NCBI GenBank assembly: GCA_016202395.1
Contig: JACQOV010000022.1
Location: 1-51,440 of the forward strand
DNA: 51,440 nucleotides
DNA from: Deltaproteobacteria bacterium
GTDB lineage: Bacteria; JACQOV01
Direction of reading: 5' to 3'
The position numbers and the translations under genes are program-made. The notes beneath the pieces were generated by a model that was not told where the DNA came from, did not search any database, and worked only from the letters and a program-made list of their open reading frames with translations. Positions 36,310-46,224 of this stretch are shown in pieces (position 1 is the stretch's first letter; the number at the start of each line of letters is the position of its first letter).

Positions 36310-37749
36310 ATGGAAATCAAACTCCAAAAAGTGGATGCATACCGGTGGCGAGTTCCAAAGGAAGGTCCGATGAGGGTTCCAGGTCTTATCTTTGCCACTG
36401 AAGAGCTGATGCGTGATATTCATCAGGATCAATCGATTCAGCAGGTGGCCCATGTAGCCCATCTTCCAGGGATCCTCAAACACTCCATCGCCATGCCCGA
36501 CATCCACTGGGGCTACGGCTTTCCGATCGGTGGTGTTGCCGCCATGGATCCTGATGAAGGGGTCCTTGCTCCCGGAGGAATCGGCTACGATATCAATTGT
36601 GGGGCGAGGTTGATTCGAACCGATCTTGAGAAAAAAGATTGGGAGCCGAAGAAGAAAGAGGTGATGGATGCGCTGTTCCAGAATATTCCTTCCGGTGTTG
36701 GCTCCAAAGGGGCTTTGAATCTCAATGATTCGGAATTAAAAAAAGTTTTAACGGAAGGGGTGAAATGGGCGATCCAGAATGGCTATGCGACGGAGGCCGA
36801 TCGGGAACACATGGAGGAATCAGGTTGTATGCCCCATGCCGATCCCACCCAGGTGAGCGTTCGAGCCAGAGAGCGAGGGAGGCCACAGCTCGGAACGGTA
36901 GGCTCTGGCAATCATTTTGTGGAAGTTCAGTATGTCGATGAGATTTATGATGAGGCAACGGCCCATGCCTTTGGCCTTTTCAAAGATCAGATTACGGTCA
37001 TGATTCATTCGGGCTCTCGCGGGCTGGGCTACCAGATTTGCGATGATTATCTTAAAATGATCTCCCAGGCCTGCAATCGTTATGGAATCTCTGTTCCGGA
37101 TCGTCAACTCTGTTGTGTTCCCTTAACTTCTCCGGAGGCCCATGATTATTTTGGCGCAATGAATTGCGCAATCAATTTCGCTTTCACCAATCGCCAGATC
37201 ATGACCCATGGGGTTCGGGAGACGTTTGAACAAATTTTTAGAAGAAGCCGAGAAGATTTGGGGATGACCCTTGTTTACGATGTCTGCCACAATATCGCAA
37301 AGTTCGAAGAACACGTTGTGGATGGAAAGAAGAAGCGGGTTTGCGTCCATCGTAAAGGGGCTACACGCGCTTTTCCGCCGGGGCATCCCTTAGTTCCAAA
37401 AGCCTATCGCGAAGTAGGGCAACCAGTTTTGATCCCGGGGGACATGGGGCGCTATTCCTATGTTTTGGTCGGAACCGACCGAGCGATGGAGGAAACGTTT
37501 GGCTCGAGCTGCCATGGAGCCGGCCGCGTTATGAGTCGTCATCAAGCGAAGAAAATCGCAGGGGGGAGAAATCTTTTCAAGGAAATGGAGGAGAAAGGGA
37601 TTCTTGTCCGCGCCCCCGGGCGTGGCACGGTGGCGGAGGAGATTTCGGAAGCCTACAAAGATGTCGCCGATGTAGTGGATGTGGTGCACGGCGCGGGCAT
37701 CGCCCGCAAAGTAGCCCGCCTCAGGCCCCTCGGCGTCCTGAAAGGCTAA
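36310..37749 (+). CDS. rtcB: RtcB RNA ligase (long archaeal/eukaryote-like type)
   Basis: MPDIH.GYGFPIGG, GYDINCG, GSGNHF.E, HSGSRG, HRKGATRA, SSCHGAGR. Confidence 0.96.
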   Translation: MEIKLQKVDAYRWRVPKEGPMRVPGLIFATEELMRDIHQDQSIQQVAHVAHLPGILKHSIAMPDIHWGYGFPIGGVAAMDPDEGVLAPGGIGYDINCGARLIRTDLEKKDWEPKKKEVMDALFQNIPSGVGSKGALNLNDSELKKVLTEGVKWAIQNGYATEADREHMEESGCMPHADPTQVSVRARERGRPQLGTVGSGNHFVEVQYVDEIYDEATAHAFGLFKDQITVMIHSGSRGLGYQICDDYLKMISQACNRYGISVPDRQLCCVPLTSPEAHDYFGAMNCAINFAFTNRQIMTHGVRETFEQIFRRSREDLGMTLVYDVCHNIAKFEEHVVDGKKKRVCVHRKGATRAFPPGHPLVPKAYREVGQPVLIPGDMGRYSYVLVGTDRAMEETFGSSCHGAGRVMSRHQAKKIAGGRNLFKEMEEKGILVRAPGRGTVAEEISEAYKDVADVVDVVHGAGIARKVARLRPLGVLKG

Positions 37750-37816
37750 GAGGGATACGGTGATTGATCCTGTGGGATAGAAATGATACCTTCAGGAGGC
37801 TTCAAGGAGGATAAAA

Positions 37817-39751
37817 ATGCTGGATATTTTAAGAAGAAAGAAGGGGAGCTGGGTGGTGAAGGTCATCCTCATCGCCATTGCTTTGTCTTTTGTGATCGGC
37901 TTTATGCTTTTGCCGGAGCTTCGCCAGGCCTTAACTGGCAAACTCGATTCCACGGTTGCGGCCAAGGTGGGAGATGAAAAGATTCCGCTCAGCGAGTATC
38001 AACGAGCTTATCAAAACACGCTGGCTCAATTCAAAGAACTTTTTAAGGACGGCCTTCAGGACCAGATGATCCAGCAGCTCAACCTGAAACAGCAGGTGAT
38101 CCAACAGATGGTGGATCGCCGGCTCCTCATCCAAGAGGCTCTCAACCTCGATCTAACGGTCACCGATGAAGAATTGAAAGAATCGATTTATAACTATGAG
38201 GTTCAAGGGGAGAAGATTTTCATGGATGAAACCGGTTGGTTCGATCGTGAACGGTACATCCAGATTGTGGAGGCCTCGGGCCTTTCGGTGGGGGAGTTTG
38301 AGGAGAGTTTTCGGCAGGATCTCCTTGCGGAAAAGATTCGGCAGGTGATCCTAGAGCCGATTCAGGTCATCGATTCCGAGGTGCGAGACCAGTACCGGTT
38401 GGATAACGAAAAGGTGAACCTTCGTTATGTCGTTATCAATCCCAGCGCCGTCGAGATCGGAAAAACAGCCGATGCGGAGCTCCTGGCTTTCTATGATAAG
38501 GATAAAGCGCAATGGGTCACCGGAGAGCGGCGCAAGGTCGACTATCTCCTGATCAGTCCCGCAACACTCCGAGAAAAGATCGAAATCTCCGATGCCGAGA
38601 TCAAAACCTACTACAGCGAGCATCGCAAAGATTATGAAAGCCCCGAAGAGATTCGGGCTCGGCATGTTTTGATTAAAGTGGAGGCCGATGCCAAAGAGGA
38701 GGATCGAGTCGCGGCGAAGAAGAAAGCGGAAGAGGTTTTAGCGCGCGCGAAAAAAGGGGAGAGTTTTGAAGAGCTTGCGAAAAGCTATTCGGAGGATCCA
38801 GGAAGCAAAGAGAGTGGTGGCGATCTGGGATTCTTTGGCCGTGGCCGAATGGTGAAACCTTTTGAGGATGCGGCCTTTGCGTTGAAAGAGGGGGAGGTGA
38901 GTGATTTAGTGGAGTCCCCCTTTGGCTACCATATTATTCGGCTGGAGGAGCGGAAGAAAGAGGGGTATCGAGCCTTAGAAGAGGTTAAAGCCCAAATCCA
39001 GAATAAATTGAGACAAGAAAAATCGGAGGAAGAGGTTGAAAAGGTTGCCAAGAAACTGGAGCGAGGGGCAAGAAAAGGGAAGAATTTGAAAGGGGTCGCT
39101 GAGAAACAGAAACTGGAGGTGAGAACGATCGAGGTCGAAAAGGGGAATAATTATCTTTCCGGAATCCCCGATTCCAAGGTCTTCATAGAGGCGGCGGAGG
39201 CCCTCGAGGTGGGAAAGATGAGCCCCTTGGTGAAAGGATCCCGCAATCAATATCTGTTGCAGCTTGTCACGATAGAGCCCCCCGCAGAGCGTCCCTTTGA
39301 AGAGGTGAAGGCCGAGGTGGAGAGGGAATTTGAGAAGGAGTATCGCCAAACGAAGGCCACTCAAGAGGCCGAAAAACTTTTAAGCGAGGCCAAGAAATTA
39401 AAGAGTCTGGAGAAAGCGGCAAAGAGATTGGGTCAAAAAACTGAGGAGACGGGGCTATTTGCCAGACGCACCGACTACGTCCCGCGGATCGGAACAGCCG
39501 TAGAGATTTCGCGGCTTGGATTTTCTCTCGTGGCCGAGAGTCGGTGGCCGGAAAAATCGATCGTTTACAACGACCGCTACTATGCTTTGGAATTGATCGA
39601 GCGGAAAGAACCCGATTGGGGGGAGTTTGACAAGAATTTTCTGAAAGAGAAGGAGAAAGTTTTAGAGCGGTTGCGCCAATCGGCTTTTCAGGAATATCTC
39701 TCAAAGCTTCGAGAGAAAGCGAAAGTAGCCATCAACTACGAAGCGCTTTAA
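37817..39751 (+). CDS. ppiD: PpiD/SurA-family membrane-anchored peptidyl-prolyl isomerase
   Basis: N-terminal TM; SurA-like N domain; parvulin domain ARHVLI..SED.GS...GGDLG..ESPFGYHII. Confidence 0.88.
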   Translation: MLDILRRKKGSWVVKVILIAIALSFVIGFMLLPELRQALTGKLDSTVAAKVGDEKIPLSEYQRAYQNTLAQFKELFKDGLQDQMIQQLNLKQQVIQQMVDRRLLIQEALNLDLTVTDEELKESIYNYEVQGEKIFMDETGWFDRERYIQIVEASGLSVGEFEESFRQDLLAEKIRQVILEPIQVIDSEVRDQYRLDNEKVNLRYVVINPSAVEIGKTADAELLAFYDKDKAQWVTGERRKVDYLLISPATLREKIEISDAEIKTYYSEHRKDYESPEEIRARHVLIKVEADAKEEDRVAAKKKAEEVLARAKKGESFEELAKSYSEDPGSKESGGDLGFFGRGRMVKPFEDAAFALKEGEVSDLVESPFGYHIIRLEERKKEGYRALEEVKAQIQNKLRQEKSEEEVEKVAKKLERGARKGKNLKGVAEKQKLEVRTIEVEKGNNYLSGIPDSKVFIEAAEALEVGKMSPLVKGSRNQYLLQLVTIEPPAERPFEEVKAEVEREFEKEYRQTKATQEAEKLLSEAKKLKSLEKAAKRLGQKTEETGLFARRTDYVPRIGTAVEISRLGFSLVAESRWPEKSIVYNDRYYALELIERKEPDWGEFDKNFLKEKEKVLERLRQSAFQEYLSKLREKAKVAINYEAL

Positions 39752-39754
39752 TTC

Positions 39755-40579
39755 ATGAAAGACCTCAAAGATAAGATTGCTTTGGTGACCGGGGCGGGTC
39801 AAGGAATTGGGCGAGAGATTGCCTTGGCGTTGGCTCGTGAAGGGTGTCAGGTGGTGGTCAACGATATTGTGAAGGAAAAGGCGGAAGAGGTTACCCGTGA
39901 GATTGTTTCTCGAGGTTGTTCTTCTCAGTCGATGGTTGCGGACATCTCGGATCGGTCTCAAATGGAGTCGATGTGTATCGAGGCTTTGAGTCGGTTCGGT
40001 CGGATCGATATTATGGTCCATAATGCGGCGGTGCGTGTGGCGGGGAGGGTCGAGGAAATTCCCGTTGCCGAATGGGAGAGGATCCTCAATGCCAATGTTT
40101 GGTCCCAGATCATTGCCACTCGGGTGTTATTGCCCTCGATGCTTGAGAAAAAACGAGGACATTTCGTTCATATCGCTTCCTTGGCTGGGCTTTGGGCAGG
40201 AGGGATGATCCTCCCCTATGCCACCACTAAATTTGCCAATGTGGGATTTGCCGAGGCGCTCTCAGCCCAGGTTCGCTCCAGCGGGATTAAGGTCACATTG
40301 GTTTGTCCTGCCTTTGTCAGAACTCCTTCCGTGGGGGCCTATCGTGTTTCGGGAAAGGAGCCGTCTCAAGAGTCGTTTGTGAAAAGCCACGATTGGTTTA
40401 ATAACCATTGGGGGATGGATCCCGAAAAAGTGGCCGAAAAGGTCGTGCGTGCTATTCGAAAAGACCAGTTTCTTGTGCTCATTCCCGCGATCTCTCGCCT
40501 GCTTCTCTTGGGTCGGGTCCTTTTTCCCCAGGCTTTCCTTCGACTCAACAGCCGGATCACTGATCGGGTGCTACGTTGA
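39755..40579 (+). CDS. short-chain dehydrogenase/reductase
   Basis: TGAGQGIG, HNAA, YATTK. Confidence 0.92.
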   Translation: MKDLKDKIALVTGAGQGIGREIALALAREGCQVVVNDIVKEKAEEVTREIVSRGCSSQSMVADISDRSQMESMCIEALSRFGRIDIMVHNAAVRVAGRVEEIPVAEWERILNANVWSQIIATRVLLPSMLEKKRGHFVHIASLAGLWAGGMILPYATTKFANVGFAEALSAQVRSSGIKVTLVCPAFVRTPSVGAYRVSGKEPSQESFVKSHDWFNNHWGMDPEKVAEKVVRAIRKDQFLVLIPAISRLLLLGRVLFPQAFLRLNSRITDRVLR

Positions 40580-40584
40580 GGATT

Positions 40585-42639
40585 TTATTCCTCAATAGTA
40601 GGGATGCCGTCGCGGATTAACGTTTCTAAAAAATAGCCGTATTGTTGCTTGGGTTCATCGAGTTGAAAAGCCACCCAATGTCCATGTCGAATTCCATCCT
40701 CCAGGTATCGAACAACTCCAGCCGTTCTAGGGCCTTGTCTCGGCACGAAAAAGTTCCCCGAGGCAGGGTATGAGAGTTGATCCCCTCCGGCCAGTTCAAT
40801 CACAGGAAGCAACTGATCCTCCGGATTTTCAGCCACCTCCGGGCCTATCAAGTCCACTCCCAGCGAGGCCACAAAAGCGCGTTGCGAACCAGAGTTGGTG
40901 ATACGATCTTCATGACCTGAGATCACAAAGACGTGGGGCGCAGATCGGTTCTGTGGCGGTCGCCGCAGTATCCTATCCAGAAAGTGGATTACGTCGGATT
41001 GACCCAAGGAAAGATCAAAAAGGGCTAAGACCGGATGCCAAACGTCCAGGGATTCACCCGGTGGAAGACGGCCAATCAGGTTTTCAAGAACCCACTGAAG
41101 ATCCACAGGATCTTCCAGGCCTAAAGGGAACTCAATCCAGGAACCTCCTGCCCCCGATAAGATCATCCCTTGTGCGGCAAGGGGATCGACCGCATTCAAG
41201 AGGCCTGACGCGAAAGCCCCTTGGGATTGTCCCATAATCACCACTTGGTTCGGATGGAGTCGAATCTTTCCATCCCGCGAAAGGGCTGTGTTTATTTTAG
41301 GACATAAGCTGTGATCAAGGGTCAAATCTCGCATCAGTCGGCGGAAGAGCAGATGCTCGATCACCAGTTGCGAGAAATTATCTCGAAGCGCTCTTGGATT
41401 TAAAAAATTGTAAAGGGCAAAGCCCCCCAAAGCCAGTGGGCCGATATGTTCATAACTCAAATGAGCGGCCATGCCGGAACTTGCCCAACCCTTCTCTGCG
41501 GCGATCAAAGCAGGGCCTTGTCCTGGAGGTTGGTTTCCTGCGGCATCGATGGGGCCCAGATTGTAGACCTCATCACTCGATCCTCCTCGCTCATGGATAT
41601 AAAAGAGAAGAGGGAAGCCCTCCGAGGGCATCTCTGTTTTTGGGATAGTTACCACAAAAGGGGCTGTTCGATACCCGACAATAACGGGATTGCCATGGGC
41701 ATCTAACTTGAATTCTCCCCCTTCAGAGAAGTAGGGTGGAACCCCTTGTTGGAATAAAGGGACCTCCCAACTTCCTTCATAAATGCAGTAGGGAAGGTCC
41801 TCTTCTAAATCGAGCGTGCTTCTCTTGAGCCTTCCATTGGCAACGGGAGCGGGTAAGTGGGATGCCCAATCGGCAAATTTAAACAAACGCTCTGTGGGAA
41901 AACCGGTGGTGAAAACAGTGGCTCCGACCATTCGGTCCGGATCCATAAAATCTGTTTCTTCCAGGAATCTCGCGAGCGGAGCATAAACTCGAACGGCTTT
42001 CTCACCCAAATCCCCTCCCGGGTTATTTCCTTGGAGCAGCTGTGTTAGAATCTCGGGCTGAGAGGGGACAAACCCTGGCGGGGTCTCTACAGCGTCGGTC
42101 AAGATTAAGGCATAAGTGGTGCGTTCCAACAGCTCGATGCCGGGGACGGGAAGGACTTGGAGCGTCCATCGTCGGCGATAGCTATCCGCAAGAAGGTTGA
42201 AATTCACCTGAATCGGAAAGCAACGCCCTCTTTGGACCGAAGCAGGGTCGATATCCACCAAAACGATCGGCTCTTCACAGGATGTGTAATCCTCAGGGTT
42301 GTCGCTAAGTGAGCGTGTGTCGATAAGACCCGTTAGCGGCAGGTAGATCGGTCCACTGGGGCTCCATCCCACCAACTCTTCTTCAGCCAGCCCTCGCATC
42401 TGATCGAGGACTTCAAGAAACCTGGGATTGGGAAAACCCTCTAACATGGGATGGCCACGATCATCAAGACGGAGATTTGAAGGGTGTGGGAGATCGTAAA
42501 AATTTCCATAACCGGATAGATCCAAAATCATCCCCACCTTGCCACAGCCCTCTTTAGATCCCATGAGAAAGATCGAACATCCTAGTGCGGCGCCCACCGT
42601 CATCATGAATCGGACATGCCCCCATTTTTTGAAATTCAT
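40585..42639 (-). CDS. large exported/lipoprotein alpha/beta-hydrolase-fold protein
   Basis: Signal-like N-terminus with Cys; GQSQG nucleophile elbow; Asp and HGH near the C-terminus; GAGGAGG RBS before ATG 42639. Confidence 0.7.
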   Translation of the reverse strand: MNFKKWGHVRFMMTVGAALGCSIFLMGSKEGCGKVGMILDLSGYGNFYDLPHPSNLRLDDRGHPMLEGFPNPRFLEVLDQMRGLAEEELVGWSPSGPIYLPLTGLIDTRSLSDNPEDYTSCEEPIVLVDIDPASVQRGRCFPIQVNFNLLADSYRRRWTLQVLPVPGIELLERTTYALILTDAVETPPGFVPSQPEILTQLLQGNNPGGDLGEKAVRVYAPLARFLEETDFMDPDRMVGATVFTTGFPTERLFKFADWASHLPAPVANGRLKRSTLDLEEDLPYCIYEGSWEVPLFQQGVPPYFSEGGEFKLDAHGNPVIVGYRTAPFVVTIPKTEMPSEGFPLLFYIHERGGSSDEVYNLGPIDAAGNQPPGQGPALIAAEKGWASSGMAAHLSYEHIGPLALGGFALYNFLNPRALRDNFSQLVIEHLLFRRLMRDLTLDHSLCPKINTALSRDGKIRLHPNQVVIMGQSQGAFASGLLNAVDPLAAQGMILSGAGGSWIEFPLGLEDPVDLQWVLENLIGRLPPGESLDVWHPVLALFDLSLGQSDVIHFLDRILRRPPQNRSAPHVFVISGHEDRITNSGSQRAFVASLGVDLIGPEVAENPEDQLLPVIELAGGDQLSYPASGNFFVPRQGPRTAGVVRYLEDGIRHGHWVAFQLDEPKQQYGYFLETLIRDGIPTIEE

Positions 42640-42667
42640 GTGGATTCCTCCTCTATTACGTAAAACA

Positions 42668-42890
42668 TGCAAAATCTGTGCCGTTTTAGGTCTTGAAGGG
42701 GTTTTTAATAAGTCGTTGATTTTATTTGTATTTTTTATGGGTTCCCTTAGAAGGGGATATGGGAACTGCCAAGAGAATTTACACCCCCCTTGTTAATTAT
42801 AGGCTTATAGTAGCTAATTTTATCAAGAAATCAATGGATTATCCCTATGTGAAATAAACTTTACACCAGGGTTGTGGAATTTATTTCACA
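42668..42890 (-). promoter_or_regulatory. sigma54 promoter with IHF sites and two upstream 18-bp boxes
   Basis: Minus strand CGGCACAGATTTTGCA (42683..42668); IHF consensus matches at 42709-21 and 42829-41; TGT-N12-ACA boxes at 42848 and 42873. Confidence 0.78.
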
Positions 42891-43069
42891 TGATTCACAC
42901 GCTCTAAAACAGTCGCTATCCCTATTTTCTGTTCAGATCGTCAAGGCCCGGCGATTCCTCGAGATCTTAAAACAAACATAGCAGTCCCGGAATTTATTTG
43001 TGCCGCGGTGCGCAAAATAGGGAGTAAAAATCTGTTTGTGTTTTTGACAGAGCGTGGTATGTTGCCTAC

Positions 43070-43099
43070 CGTCATCCCCGCGGAAGCGGGGATCCAGTG
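43070..43099. repeat. 30-bp palindromic REP, copy 2
   Basis: CGTCATCCCCGCGGAAGCGGGGATCCAGTG. Confidence 0.85.
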
Positions 43100-43151
43100 G
43101 TATAAAAAACCCGTTAGTCTCTAAGCCCAACCTAGCCAGGAGGTGGTTTGG

Positions 43152-45914
43152 ATGAGTAAGCAAGATCCTCTCAAGCTCGCTTTCCAGGATCAAAAAATTG
43201 CTGCAGCCTTTTCCCACGAATTAAAATTCTTAAAGGCTAAGGGATTGAAGACCATGTGTCTCTTGGCGCTGACGCTTAATCCCGCGTTTTGCATCGTCGA
43301 TTATTTTGCTGTACCGGAAGATTCATTACATTTTTGGTTAGTTCGACTTATAGTCACCATCATTTGCGCTGGATTATTCCTTTTGTCCACAAGCAGGTTA
43401 GGTCCTAAGTATGCTGATTTGGGAGGTGTGTTTTTCTTTTTTCTCATAGGGATCATGATTTCTTACCTTATCAGGAAATCCGGTGGATACAGTAGCCCTT
43501 ACGCTTCTGGATTGACCGTAATTTTTATCGGGGGTGGGCTTCTGATGCCATGGAGTGGTTTGAAATATGCGTCTGTTTCCCTGTGTGTGTATTTAACCTA
43601 TTTTGTCCCCGCCCTGGTCTATGATGATATTTTGAATTCTAGCTTGTTTATTGCCAACAATGCGGTTTTGTTTTGTGGGGTCGTTATTGCGATTGTTGCC
43701 AGACGTGTCATTACGGTTTCAAATAAAAAGGAATTCTTAAGTCGATATAAACTTGGGCAAGCCCATGAGCAGTTAAAAAAGTTAGACGAGTTAAAGTCCC
43801 AGTTTTTTGCGAATGTATCGCATGAGTTGAGGACACCGCTCACGTTAATCCTGGCGCCGTTGGAGTCGATGCTTTCTGAGGAGGTTGGGGAAATGAAGGC
43901 TGAGCAGCAGCGGCATGCCAAACTGATGTACAACAATGGGCTTCGGTTGCTGAAGCTGATCAACAATTTGTTGGATTTGGCGAGATTGGATGCGGGGAAG
44001 ATGGAATTGAAGGCGCAGCCTGGGGATTTGAAGGTCTACATTCAAGGGTTGGTGGAGGGGATTGTACCGATGGCGAAGAAGAAGGGGCTCACGCTTTCCT
44101 TTGCCAATGGTCATGAGTTGCCGAAGGTGTCGTTTGATGAGGAGAAATTGGAGAAGGTGATTCTCAACCTAGTGTTTAATGCGATTAAGTTTACGCCGAG
44201 TGGAGGGAAGGTGGTGGTGAGGGTTGGGCAGAAGGACAGAGAGGTGAAAGTTGAAGTTGCTGACACGGGGATAGGGATTGCGAAGGAGCATCAGCAGAAG
44301 GTGTTTGATCGGTTTGCGCAGGCCGACTCCTCACTCACCCGAAAGTATGGAGGCACAGGGATTGGATTAGCGTTGGCCAAAGAGCTGGTGGAGTTGCATG
44401 GAGGCAAGATTGGGCTAACGAGTGAATTGGGAAAAGGGACGACGGTGGGGTTTACATTACCGGTGGTGAAAGGAGAGGCCGTTCATGGTTCGACAAAGCC
44501 TGTCCTGAGTTTATCGAAGGGCTCACCACGAACGGGGGAAGTGACGGAGGGGGGGGAGTGGACGGAGAAGCTTTACTCGGAGGCGGCACGAGCGGATTTG
44601 GATTTTGAGAAAGCGGAGATTGCGGAGCCTGTCCTGAGCGAAGTCGAAGGACCCACTCGCAATGATACTTCATCTGTCATCGCGAGGAGCCTGAAAGGCG
44701 ACGTGGCGATCTCATCCAAGCATCCTAAGATCTTACTCGTGGAGGACAGCTCTGAGATGAGGCAGTTTTTGCGATTCGAATTAAGCCCCTCGTATCAAAT
44801 TCTAGAGGCTCAGGATGGGATCGAAGGCTGGGAGAAGATGACTACAGAGAGGCCGGATCTGATTATTTCCGACATCATGATGCCTGGGATCGATGGGTAT
44901 GAGCTTACCCGTCGTTTAAAAACTAACGAGGAGACCCGACAGGTTCCGATCATTCTATTGACGGCCAAGACCGATCTCACGGATAAGATTGAAGGGTTAG
45001 AGGTTGGGGCGGACGATTATTTGATGAAGCCATTTAAGCCCAAGGAAATGAAAGCGAGAGTGAGGAATTTGCTTCAAGTGCGGCATCTTCAGGGGGAGCT
45101 TCAGGTCCGCAACCAGGAGTTGGATCAACTGAATTCAGGGTTGCAGGAGGAGGTAGAGAAACGAACACAAGCGTTAGTTCAATCGGAGAAGATGGCGATG
45201 TTAGGGGGGATGTTTTCGAGGTTAGCCCATGATTTAAAGAGTCCGTGGGCTTCCATTTATGAAGATGTGGGGATTCTGAAGGAGGTAGTGTCAAAAATGC
45301 AGCCGCATTTGACGAAGGAAGGAGTGGAATCGTATCAAGAGGTCCAGCAATGGACCGATTATATTGACAGCTCCGCCAAGATTATGGGGGAGATACTGGA
45401 AGGACTCAATGCCTATGGGAGGTCGGTGGAGGAGTGGGGGGAGGTGGATGTTGTCGACGGGATTCAGAGGATCTTAGGGATCTTTCGGAGGCAATGGAAG
45501 GGGAGGATCGAGATTCAAGAGGAATATGAGCCGCTCCTTCCTAAGATTTGGGGGCAATCTTCGACCTTAAATCGGATTTGGCTCAATCTTTTGTCGAATT
45601 CGGCTCAGGCGATGGAGCCTCAGGCGAAGGAAGGAAAAGGGATCGTCAAGATCGTCGCTCAACGCAATGAAACGGGGATTGGGGTGAAGATTCGAGACAA
45701 TGGGCCTGGGATACCGAAGGAACGGCTCTCCAAATTGTTCCAACCCTTCTACACCACCAAAGAGGAAGGCAAAGGAATGGGTTTGGGGCTCACGATCGCG
45801 CATGAGATCGTAGAGCGGCATGGAGGAAAGATCACCGTGGATAGCGAACCCGGCTCCTGCTCCTGGACTGAATTCACCGTGTGGCTCCCGATAAAAAGCC
45901 CCCAAAGCTCTTAA
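43152..45914 (+). CDS. hybrid sensor histidine kinase (TM sensor-HisKA-HATPase-REC-HisKA-HATPase)
   Basis: SHELRTPLT, NAIKFT, DTGIG, GGTGIGL; REC SDIMMP/KPF; second AHDLKSP, DNGPG, GMGLGL. Confidence 0.94.
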   Translation: MSKQDPLKLAFQDQKIAAAFSHELKFLKAKGLKTMCLLALTLNPAFCIVDYFAVPEDSLHFWLVRLIVTIICAGLFLLSTSRLGPKYADLGGVFFFFLIGIMISYLIRKSGGYSSPYASGLTVIFIGGGLLMPWSGLKYASVSLCVYLTYFVPALVYDDILNSSLFIANNAVLFCGVVIAIVARRVITVSNKKEFLSRYKLGQAHEQLKKLDELKSQFFANVSHELRTPLTLILAPLESMLSEEVGEMKAEQQRHAKLMYNNGLRLLKLINNLLDLARLDAGKMELKAQPGDLKVYIQGLVEGIVPMAKKKGLTLSFANGHELPKVSFDEEKLEKVILNLVFNAIKFTPSGGKVVVRVGQKDREVKVEVADTGIGIAKEHQQKVFDRFAQADSSLTRKYGGTGIGLALAKELVELHGGKIGLTSELGKGTTVGFTLPVVKGEAVHGSTKPVLSLSKGSPRTGEVTEGGEWTEKLYSEAARADLDFEKAEIAEPVLSEVEGPTRNDTSSVIARSLKGDVAISSKHPKILLVEDSSEMRQFLRFELSPSYQILEAQDGIEGWEKMTTERPDLIISDIMMPGIDGYELTRRLKTNEETRQVPIILLTAKTDLTDKIEGLEVGADDYLMKPFKPKEMKARVRNLLQVRHLQGELQVRNQELDQLNSGLQEEVEKRTQALVQSEKMAMLGGMFSRLAHDLKSPWASIYEDVGILKEVVSKMQPHLTKEGVESYQEVQQWTDYIDSSAKIMGEILEGLNAYGRSVEEWGEVDVVDGIQRILGIFRRQWKGRIEIQEEYEPLLPKIWGQSSTLNRIWLNLLSNSAQAMEPQAKEGKGIVKIVAQRNETGIGVKIRDNGPGIPKERLSKLFQPFYTTKEEGKGMGLGLTIAHEIVERHGGKITVDSEPGSCSWTEFTVWLPIKSPQSS
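44479..44713. repeat. REP/RPE-like palindromes inserted in frame in the kinase linker
   Basis: 44479..44535 CCGTTCATGGT...ACCACGAACGG and 44616..44713 GAGATTGC...GCGATCTC; both contain AGCCTGTCCTGAG...TCGAAGG. Confidence 0.8.
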
Positions 45915-45951
45915 AACCAACCCTTAAAGCCCAACCCCCGAAATGACGATT

Positions 45952-46224
45952 TTAAGTAGGCTCTTGCTTTTTTTTGACCTCTTCCCAATCCACTGTTTCC
46001 CCCTTTTTGAAAAGTTCGCGACCTCTCTTAACGATCTTTTCGTACATCGCAAAATCTTCTTCATCCACAACCCGCTTAGGCGTCATCACGATTTTTTGGT
46101 TCTTTTCTTCTACTTCGAGATAACTTCCTTTGATCAATTTTAGATGCCTTGCGATAGGAATAGGGATCACCACCTGATTGTTGGAAGTCAGTCGAACAAG
46201 TTTTCTTAAAGGGTATCCTGCCAT
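45952..46224 (-). CDS. orphan AbrB/MazE-family DNA-binding protein
   Basis: VRLTSNNQVVIP..IAR.LKL..G.YLEV....KIVMTP. Confidence 0.8.
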   Translation of the reverse strand: MAGYPLRKLVRLTSNNQVVIPIPIARHLKLIKGSYLEVEEKNQKIVMTPKRVVDEEDFAMYEKIVKRGRELFKKGETVDWEEVKKKQEPT

